Below are positions 8,010 through 13,848 of a stretch of DNA of 15,998 bases, in pieces. The position numbers were made by a program, and so were the translations under genes. Numbering within the stretch: the first letter of the stretch is position 1; every line of letters starts with the position of its first letter. The notes under the pieces were generated by a model. It was not told the DNA's origin. It did no database searches and worked only from the letters and a program-made list of their open reading frames with translations. Source of the DNA: a virus (Duplodnaviria; Heunggongvirae; Uroviricota; Caudoviricetes); the IMG/VR virus record IMGVR_UViG_3300037418_002559, positions 1-15,998 of that record; one strand, given 5' to 3'.

Positions 8010-8774
8010 CTAGAACGGACACGAGTGCGTCAGTAGGCACGCGACATTCACGCCGGTATTGCCGTAGGCGTACACGTGCTTGTACCACGGCTGCGGAGCC
8101 GTCAGCTTGTCGGCTTCCTTGTGTACGTCAGTGGCGATGGCGCTTACTTGCATGGAAGTGTCAGCCGAAGCCTTGAGGAAGCGCGCAACGTCGGGCGAGG
8201 TAAGCAAGGCGTTGAAGCTGGTCACCGACTCGTGCATGTCAGCGTATAACTGCCGCTCCTGCTCGTCCAGTGTGGTCAGGTTGCGGTTCTCGTGATTTGC
8301 CGCCACCTCTATCTGCCCGAACGTGCCGCGCACCGTGGCGAGCGTGCGATTAACGTCGGCCAGCGTACCACAAGGTTTCTTCGCGGGCGGTAGTGGCGCA
8401 TTGAACATCGGCTCCGCGTGCCCTGCACTAACGACTGCGCTAGGCACTGTGCCGCAAGGACGATTAAGCGCGTCCAGCGTGGCGGTAGCGCCATCCAGCA
8501 CCGCTCCGACCTTATCGGTAACGGCGAGCGACTTGGTGGCTTGTTTTCCTACCGAGTCAGCCGTATTCTGCAGCGTCTTTAAAGTGCTCACGGCTTGCGG
8601 CCCAACGTTCTCGAACGAGTCCAGCGTGGACTGCATCGTAACCAGCGTCGATCCCGCCTTACGCGTCACTTCCTCTGCGGCCTTAGCTACTCGCAGTGCG
8701 GCGTCCGCAACTGCGAGTAGGCAAGCACAAAGAGCTAGCAGCGCCACTGCCTTGCACCACTCATACGTCGTCAT
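8010..8774 (-). CDS. Membrane-anchored helical / coiled-coil protein (possible lysis accessory such as a spanin; function unproven)
   Basis: 254 aa with an N-terminal hydrophobic segment (AVALLALCACLLAVADAAL) followed by long amphipathic helices. It starts 5 nt after the upstream stop and lies two genes from the holin-like ORF. Confidence 0.65.
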   Translation of the reverse strand: MTTYEWCKAVALLALCACLLAVADAALRVAKAAEEVTRKAGSTLVTMQSTLDSFENVGPQAVSTLKTLQNTADSVGKQATKSLAVTDKVGAVLDGATATLDALNRPCGTVPSAVVSAGHAEPMFNAPLPPAKKPCGTLADVNRTLATVRGTFGQIEVAANHENRNLTTLDEQERQLYADMHESVTSFNALLTSPDVARFLKASADTSMQVSAIATDVHKEADKLTAPQPWYKHVYAYGNTGVNVACLLTHSCPF

Positions 8775-8778
8775 CGGA

Positions 8779-9243
8779 CTAGGCAGAAGCGGGGGTGCTG
8801 GACGCGCTTTCCAACGCCTTCACAGCAGCCTCGATGGCCGAACCAAGCAGGCCGACTTCGGTGACGGCCTTGGTAACGGCGGCGACGGACTGCGGATTCT
8901 TGACATGGCCATCAGTCAGCAGCGTACTCAGATGGTCTGCCACCGATGCGAACACGCTGGCAGCAGTAGGCGTCGGCCCGAAGTCCGTGACCAGCGCGCT
9001 GGCTGCGGTGAGGTCGGCCTGCGCCTCGTGGATAACGTCGCCTACGATCTTGGCGGCGTCTCCTTCGCCCGTCGCAGTAAGTGCCAACTGTAGCACCGGT
9101 CCGATATAGGCCAGACCGGCGTCCACAATCTGCTCCAGCTTGGGCGCTGCTTTCGTAAAGGCCACGAGTTCCTTCTCCAGCCACGCGACCGTGGAGTGCG
9201 CCGCAGAGCTAATACCGTTGAATACTGACTTGAAAATGTTCAT
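8779..9243 (-). CDS. Hypothetical Ala-rich amphipathic helical protein
   Basis: 154 aa, GGGAG SD, co-oriented. Confidence 0.75.
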   Translation of the reverse strand: MNIFKSVFNGISSAAHSTVAWLEKELVAFTKAAPKLEQIVDAGLAYIGPVLQLALTATGEGDAAKIVGDVIHEAQADLTAASALVTDFGPTPTAASVFASVADHLSTLLTDGHVKNPQSVAAVTKAVTEVGLLGSAIEAAVKALESASSTPASA

Positions 9244-9257
9244 TGTTTTCTCCCTTG

Positions 9258-9665
9258 CTACTTGAGGTTGATGTTCTTGTATGCGCGCCCCTGTAGAGGC
9301 AGTGCGACTGGTTTGGCCGCTTCCTCCACGGCATCCGTGATGGGTGGCGTGGCTGTTACCGATTCAGTCTTGACGATAGAGCCGGGTGGATGCGCGGCTT
9401 CTTTCAACTGCGCCTGCAGCATATTGGATGCCACGCCGATAACGCCGCCAGCGATGGTAGTGTCAATTCCGAATTTCTTACACTCGACCAGCATCCAGAA
9501 ACCGATGACCAGTACCAGCAGCGCGAACGGCTGACTGCTGATGTTGTTCACGGCGGTGACGAAGGCCGGAAAGTCGAGGTGTGTACGACGTAGGAACACA
9601 AGGAAGAAGATAAGGAGTGCTACAATAACCAGCAGCGGACTATTCAGTAATTCGATGTAGCGCAT
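9258..9665 (-). CDS. Holin-like small multi-pass membrane protein
   Basis: 135 aa, GGAGG SD, 2-3 hydrophobic segments (LLVIVALLIFFLVFL; PFALLVLVIGFWMLV; IAGGVIGVA) and a hydrophilic C-terminal tail. The CDS is well supported; the holin function is inference. Confidence 0.6.
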   Translation of the reverse strand: MRYIELLNSPLLVIVALLIFFLVFLRRTHLDFPAFVTAVNNISSQPFALLVLVIGFWMLVECKKFGIDTTIAGGVIGVASNMLQAQLKEAAHPPGSIVKTESVTATPPITDAVEEAAKPVALPLQGRAYKNINLK

Positions 9666-9940
9666 TCACGGTCCCTCCGAAGCTGCTTGCCGATGGCGGC
9701 GCAAGCGGTCATTACTTCGTGCGCGGTGACGTCGCACATAAGACGATTGCGCAGATTCCGCGAAGCGCGATTGTTCACCATGCGCGTAAACACGCTCTGC
9801 GCGGGCCACCTGCTGACTGCACGAAGTTGCTCATTGCCGCGCCGCTTCTGTTGCCGAAAGGTGATGCCAGTGCGCCGCCGCTCAGTACGTAGCATTGAGG
9901 GTGCATTATGCCTGCGTGCCTTGCTTGGTGCTTCTTGCAT
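9644..9940 (-). CDS. Arg-rich hypothetical protein
   Basis: GGAGG SD before ATG 9940, 98 aa. It fills the gap between 9943..10089 and the holin-like gene and overlaps the latter by 22 nt. Confidence 0.5.
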   Translation of the reverse strand: MQEAPSKARRHNAPSMLRTERRRTGITFRQQKRRGNEQLRAVSRWPAQSVFTRMVNNRASRNLRNRLMCDVTAHEVMTACAAIGKQLRRDRECATSNY

Positions 9941-9942
9941 CA

Positions 9943-10089
9943 CTAGCCTCCGAACTTAGCCTGCCCGATTGCGGTTCCTACCGCGTTCAGCAACCGCGTA
10001 TACCACGGTACTTTGACCGCAGCACACGGCCCTGCGTGCCCGTAGAACCGAGTGCAGCGCCAGCCCTTGGGTGCTCTATCACACGTCAT
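9943..10089 (-). CDS. Small Cys/His protein (48 aa), below the ORF-track cutoff
   Basis: GGAGG SD overlapping the terL end. Translation: MTCDRAPKGWRCTRFYGHAGPCAAVKVPWYTRLLNAVGTAIGQAKFGG*. Confidence 0.65.
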   Translation of the reverse strand: MTCDRAPKGWRCTRFYGHAGPCAAVKVPWYTRLLNAVGTAIGQAKFGG

Positions 10090-10091
10090 AA

Positions 10092-11390
10092 TCAACCTCC
10101 CGTTACGCGCCACTGCGGTATCTTGCCATGGACTCCGTATCGCATGGAGTCACAGTCATCGTCTTCGATCTTCAGCGGCTGCTCCACGCCACGCTTGGCC
10201 GCTTTGTCGTCCCAGCTGTAGTTCGGAACGCGCTTGGCCAGCTCCGGGCAACCGCGCTTGCTAATCCTCAGCTTGCGGCGCTGGAACAGAGTGGCGACGG
10301 TGTGGATGCCTTCCTTGACGCTGTTATCAGCATCGGTGACCCACAACCCGCGCTGCACCATTTCGGCCTTGATGGAAGCTGCTTCGGGCGGCACGATAAT
10401 CTGGTGCTTCTCGGCACCGAACTGGATAAGGTCGTCAACGTACTGACCGTCGGTCTTCTGCCGCATCTCCTTACGGCTATCCCAGCGCTGCTCCCGCGTG
10501 ATCCATACAACATCACCGTCGTCGTAATACTCCAAGTGCGCTTGAACGTGATCGACACCCGGATCGACGCTGAACCAGTGATCGACGTGTCCGCCCGCTG
10601 CACGCAGGCCAAGCGGCTCAGCAGGCAGCTCTACCTGCTTGCCATCAACCACCACCACACCATCGAATAGATTAGCCGTTTCAGAAAAGCTATCACGATA
10701 GATACTGCCCTCGGCAACTACCCACTGCGCCAGGATGTAGCGCTTGTAGTACACGCCGGTCTGCGACGCGATGATGGCCCTCTTGGCCGCCTCGTCGATG
10801 TTGGGGTTGTCATTCAGACTGAAGTTGATGATTTCCAGATCCGGCTGGAACTCCGTAGAGTCGATGACCTCCGACTTCAGGTAACAGTACGGATTACCGG
10901 TGTTGGTGGAGCCGTACCAGCGCGCGCCTGTTGGCGACATACGCAAGAAGTTCTGCGCCAGGAAGCTCTTGGGGTACTCCACCACCTCGTCACCCACAGT
11001 CAGGCCGACGGTCATTCCAAGGATCTGGCGGTAAGATGCTTCGTCCTTCGCGCCCAAACAGAACCACTGCTTACCGAACAGCCACAGCTCGCCAGTAGCT
11101 TGGTTGTAGCTGTAGTTGGACTGGCCGGCAATGTTGAATAGATCGATGAGTACGTTGCGGTAGAGCGTCTGCTTGGTGGCCCCGGTCATGAGCCGCTTGG
11201 CGTTAGGCGGTAGCGGATAGCGGGAGAGCTGCACGATGGTCTTGGCGTCCAGCGTGAAGGTCTTCGCACTTCGTACTGCGCCGATAAGCAGGTTGTAGCG
11301 CTTGTCCAGCGCCGGGTCACGCATAATGAAGTCGTGGCTCTTGCGCCCGAACGGCTTCATAATGAGTTCGGTAGGTGCCTCGACTATCAT
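10092..11390 (-). CDS. terL: Terminase large subunit (PBSX/SPP1-like family)
   Basis: 432 aa with Walker A-like GAVRSAKT, Walker B TVGDE, motif III GSTNTGNP, and RNase H-like nuclease residues SVDPG...DDDCDSMRY. It lies downstream of terS and the HNH gene. Confidence 0.93.
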   Translation of the reverse strand: MIVEAPTELIMKPFGRKSHDFIMRDPALDKRYNLLIGAVRSAKTFTLDAKTIVQLSRYPLPPNAKRLMTGATKQTLYRNVLIDLFNIAGQSNYSYNQATGELWLFGKQWFCLGAKDEASYRQILGMTVGLTVGDEVVEYPKSFLAQNFLRMSPTGARWYGSTNTGNPYCYLKSEVIDSTEFQPDLEIINFSLNDNPNIDEAAKRAIIASQTGVYYKRYILAQWVVAEGSIYRDSFSETANLFDGVVVVDGKQVELPAEPLGLRAAGGHVDHWFSVDPGVDHVQAHLEYYDDGDVVWITREQRWDSRKEMRQKTDGQYVDDLIQFGAEKHQIIVPPEAASIKAEMVQRGLWVTDADNSVKEGIHTVATLFQRRKLRISKRGCPELAKRVPNYSWDDKAAKRGVEQPLKIEDDDCDSMRYGVHGKIPQWRVTGG

Positions 11391-11476
11391 CTATGGAACC
11401 CTAAGAGCTTCATGATGACGATGCAAGTAAGCAACCCCACGATGTAGCCAAGCCAGTACTCCGGGTTCGTTTCCAC
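11387..11476 (-). CDS. 29-aa single-pass membrane micro-protein coupled to terL
   Basis: AAGGAG SD with 6-nt spacer then GTG. Translation: METNPEYWLGYIVGLLTCIVIMKLLGFHR*. Its TGA overlaps the terL ATG (ATGA). Confidence 0.65.
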   Translation of the reverse strand: METNPEYWLGYIVGLLTCIVIMKLLGFHR

Positions 11477-11518
11477 ACTCTACTCCTTACCGGAAGCACC
11501 AAGCTCCGTACCACCAAG

Positions 11519-11839
11519 CTAAGAATTTTCGCATGCGTACCTCTCGAACCAAAACACGATGCCGCGCTGCCAGCCCAGCCACCGTAGGCTGCCCCGCCAC
11601 GTCTCCAGATCCATGTTGCCCTTATCTAAGTTGCATGCGGCACAAGCGGCCACAATATTCTCCACGGTGTGTAGTTCTGGATTTTTGCAGCCATTGCGAC
11701 CGCTGAAACTGTATCGTACGCCTCTATAACGAATAATGGGCGCAACGTGGTCACGGTGCCAACCGTGCTTGGGCAACTGTTCACCGCAATAGGCACATCG
11801 TCCTCCGTACTTGGCATAAAGCGCCCTACGCGAAACCAT
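11519..11839 (-). CDS. HNH endonuclease (Zn-binding, packaging-associated position)
   Basis: Likely start ATG 11839 (GGAGG SD). Motifs GGRCAYCG...WHRDHVAP...ENIVAACAACNLDKG match CxxC / H-N-(H/N) / CxxC. It lies between terS and terL. Confidence 0.9.
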   Translation of the reverse strand: MVSRRALYAKYGGRCAYCGEQLPKHGWHRDHVAPIIRYRGVRYSFSGRNGCKNPELHTVENIVAACAACNLDKGNMDLETWRGSLRWLGWQRGIVFWFERYACENS

Positions 11840-11996
11840 CGTCCTCCGCTGCACGGCGTAGGTAATAAGCATAGGCAAGCAAGAATAGCGCCTCCCGGCC
11901 CTGTTCGTCCAACGAGTCCCAGCGCTTTTGCGCCAGCTCTATCCTGAAGGCCTGCGCTGACGTGTCTAGCGGCGCAGGTGCAATGGCTACGGTCAT
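11826..11996 (-). CDS. Small hypothetical protein (56 aa), below the ORF-track cutoff
   Basis: AAGGAG SD at the terS stop. Translation: MTVAIAPAPLDTSAQAFRIELAQKRWDSLDEQGREALFLLAYAYYLRRAAEDDGFA*. It overlaps the HNH start. Confidence 0.65.
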   Translation of the reverse strand: MTVAIAPAPLDTSAQAFRIELAQKRWDSLDEQGREALFLLAYAYYLRRAAEDDGFA

Positions 11997-12001
11997 GGTG
12001 A

Positions 12002-12751
12002 CTACTCCTTCGGCCCTGCCTTCAGCGCCGCGAACAGGCCTTCCAGCTGCTCGTTGGGCTTCTCTCCGGAGTTGTCAGGGCTCCGTCCGTGCTTCTTGGG
12101 CTTGAGATGGCCGAGAGTCCACTGTATGCCCTGAAGCGCCAGTTTACTTCGCTCTACGTTGTCAATGTAACGCGTCTCGACGGTGTCCACAACATCTCCG
12201 TCCTTAGTAACTACCTGCCGTTCAACTGTGATGGTTCCCTTGTTCGTATTCAGTGTTAAGTGCTGCGCCATTTCTTCATAGAGCGGCACCAATAAGTCTT
12301 TTGCGCGCGTACGGATTTCTACGAACGGGTGTTCTTTTTCCCCGAGCCAGACTAACATCTGCGCAACTGGCGGCATGCCTTCTATCTCTGCGATTTCACG
12401 CATACTATGCCCAGTAGATATCAGTGTGAACAGAGCATTACCAAGTTGATCAGTCCACTCAACACGTGCGTATTCCCATGGCCTGCCCTTATTCTGCTGA
12501 ATGGCTGGCGTGGTGACCAGCCCCATAGTAGCTTGTTTACCAGCAGTCTTCGTAGCGGCAATCACTTCCGCTTGCGTGTCTTTAGCGGCTGCTATATTGA
12601 ACTCTGTGACAGCTTTGTTTGCGGCTGATTTCTGTGCTCTATTAAGACGACCATCGTGCGTCTTTCCTGGAGGCAGAGGATTGCCTCTAGGCTTCTTCGC
12701 AACCGGCTTCTTGGAAGCAGGCGCATTAGTCGCCTTCTTCTTAGTCGCCAT
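12002..12751 (-). CDS. terS: Terminase small subunit (Sf6 gp1 / P22-like type) with long basic N-terminal extension
   Basis: AAGGAG SD. HTH-like ISTGHSMREIAEIEGMPPVAQMLVWL, followed by F...RAK and DNVERSKLALQGIQWTLGHLKPKKHG, the pattern of Sf6-type small terminases. It is the first gene of the packaging block. Confidence 0.85.
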   Translation of the reverse strand: MATKKKATNAPASKKPVAKKPRGNPLPPGKTHDGRLNRAQKSAANKAVTEFNIAAAKDTQAEVIAATKTAGKQATMGLVTTPAIQQNKGRPWEYARVEWTDQLGNALFTLISTGHSMREIAEIEGMPPVAQMLVWLGEKEHPFVEIRTRAKDLLVPLYEEMAQHLTLNTNKGTITVERQVVTKDGDVVDTVETRYIDNVERSKLALQGIQWTLGHLKPKKHGRSPDNSGEKPNEQLEGLFAALKAGPKE

Positions 12752-12771
12752 GCGGTAGTTCTCCTTGGGTT

Positions 12772-12816
12772 AAATAAAGAAGACGCCGCCAAGTGTGAAG
12801 GGCACTCAGCGGCGTC
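12772..12816 (-). terminator. Strong Rho-independent terminator ending the RNA locus, just upstream of terS
   Basis: On the minus strand: GACGCCGC-TGAGTG / CCCTTCA loop / CACTTG-GCGGCGTC (14 bp including two G-U pairs), then TTCTTTATTT. Confidence 0.8.
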
Positions 12817-13015
12817 AGGTTGTGACTGTTCGCGTCAAGGCGGTGCCATGGTCAGCCTCAGCGCACTGTGCGGCGCGGTAAGGACGCCCGTCGTCACTCA
12901 CGAACTGCGCTTTGTGCGGCCAACCCACTGGTTGAATTGAACTGATCGCGCACAAAGAATAAAAGTTGCCGGCCTCTTCTGTTGCCAGGACTCATCCGGC
13001 TTGCCCCGACGGTTG

Positions 13016-13099
13016 TTAGGCCGCCAGCTGCATCGGAGCAACGGTGCGAGCACGGAATGCGAGCACGTTGTTCTTCCGCGTACTGTCACGTTGGGTGGC
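13016..13099 (-). other. tmRNA tag reading frame (A)ATQRDSTRKNNVLAFRARTVAPMQLAA*
   Basis: Resume context CACAACU-GCC (A at -4), 27 sense codons, C-terminal LAA degron. The exact resume codon is inferred. Confidence 0.75.
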
Positions 13100-13186
13100 A
13101 GTTGTGGTTCAGTTCTCGTTACGGTGAGCACCAGTTCCGGCAAAGTCCATGGACTTTCAAACACCCGTCGAAACCATGACAGGCCC

Positions 13187-13332
13187 ACAAGAGAGTGCTT
13201 CAATACTTCTCAGCTTCAAGGGCTTTACCATTGCACGTGACTCGCTTCGAGGCCGTGCCTCTAGCAGCAGGTTGCGATCCTACCACCCTCATCACTAGCT
13301 TACGTACTTATACCGCTTTTTGAAGCACTCTC
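13187..13332 (-). other. tmRNA intervening segment (146 nt) closed by a perfect 13-bp inverted repeat
   Basis: GAGAGTGCTTCAA directly after CCA (13332-13320) pairs with TTGAAGCACTCTC (13203-13191) 4 nt before the GGG 5' end. Confidence 0.85.
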
Positions 13333-13593
13333 TGGTGGACCCGATGGGAGTCGAACCCATGTCCGAATCATTCTCCAATCCACTTCATACCTTGCGTAAC
13401 TACGGGGCATCCGTACAGGCTTGCCTCCACCACTCCGTCTACATCGGACGGAGACAATCATGTCAGGACCGGTAAGCTGGTTGATCAATCCAGCCTCTAA
13501 TGCGCGAGCCGCCCAGTCCTTTGCTGCGGTCGTAATGCGCGTTCGGTGGCAGCCCATTTATTGCTACTATATGGCCTTTCGGCACCGAACTAA

Positions 13594-13704
13594 TGTGCAA
13601 GCGCTGATGGGATTCGAACCCATGCAATCCGTTGCCTCTTTACGAGGTGGTCATCCCCAGCAGCGATGCTGGCCGTTCAGCCACTCCGGCACAACGCTTG
13701 CACA
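13594..13704 (-). ncRNA. tRNA-Ser-like RNA / pseudo-tRNA lacking a 7-nt anticodon loop
   Basis: AGCGTTG-TG-CCG GAGTGGCTGAA CGG-C-CAGCA TCGC TGCTG-(~33-nt variable region)-ATGGG TTCGAAT CCCAT-CAGCGCT. The D-arm is Ser-type, the acceptor helix extends to 13 bp, and no CCA is encoded. Confidence 0.7.
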
Positions 13705-13713
13705 ACTCAAACT

Positions 13714-13790
13714 TGGTCGGCGATGAAGGATTCGAACCTCCGACATCCTGCTCCCAAAGCAGGCGCGCTACCAGACTGCGCCAATCGCCG
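13714..13790 (-). tRNA. tRNA-Pro (anticodon UGG)
   Basis: 77-nt canonical cloverleaf: CGGCGAT-TG-GCGC AGTCTGGTA GCGC-G-CCTGC TTTGGGA GCAGG-ATGTC-GGAGG TTCGAAT CCTTC-ATCGCCG-A-CCA. Confidence 0.97.
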
Positions 13791-13840
13791 TCGTGCTTTG
13801 CTGCTCGCCTAGAATCTCACATAGCAGCAGCGCACACTTA

Positions 13841-13846
13841 ATTATA
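13841..13846 (-). promoter_or_regulatory. Candidate -10 box (TATAAT) upstream of the RNA locus
   Basis: Perfect TATAAT ~50 nt upstream of tRNA-Pro. No convincing -35 element. Confidence 0.35.
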
Positions 13847-13848
13847 GC

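Larger units (their letters stand above)
12960..13500 (-). ncRNA. ssrA: Circularly permuted (two-piece) tmRNA gene; outer boundaries approximate
   Basis: Acceptor piece: ...GCAAGGUAUGAAGUGGA...UUCGGAC-AUGGG UUCGACU CCCAU-CGGGUCC-A-CCA, with CCA at 13335-13333. The coding piece starts downstream at 13186: GGGCCUG UCAUGGUUUCGAC GGG.... The two strands form a 7-bp acceptor stem with G3-U70. CUUUGC/GCAAGG and UCCA/UGGA give helix-2 pairing. The tag frame ends CAG CUG GCG GCC UAA and is followed by a pk2-like pseudoknot (CGGGGC/GUCCUG; GCCGG/CCGGC). Confidence 0.88.

Noticed and set aside
8323-9109. 256-aa and 104-aa plus-strand ORFs
   Set aside because: They are antisense shadows of the 8010..8774 and 8779..9243 genes.
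13200-13292. 30-codon ORF (MRVVGSQPAARGTASKRVTCNGKALEAEKY) inside the tmRNA intervening segment
   Set aside because: It has no SD and its length is compatible with chance. Only Ribo-seq or conservation could rescue it.
13333-13364. Isolated tmRNA 3' fragment as a prophage att-site duplication
   Set aside because: The matching 5' half, tag frame and 13-bp linking stem lie immediately downstream in the arrangement expected for a permuted gene. No integrase is in the window.
13594-13704. Calling this element tRNA-Sec, a suppressor tRNA or a YrlA Y RNA
   Set aside because: There is no UCA or other 7-nt anticodon loop, and the D-arm is Ser-type rather than the long Sec type. The arm order is normal tRNA order, not the permuted order of YrlA, and no Ro60 gene is in the window.
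12898-13841. ORF-track entries overlapping the RNA locus (12898..13203, 13001..13240, 13300..13557, 13421..13726, 13632..13841)
   Set aside because: They overlap tmRNA/tRNA structures, have no SD and show no protein-like composition.
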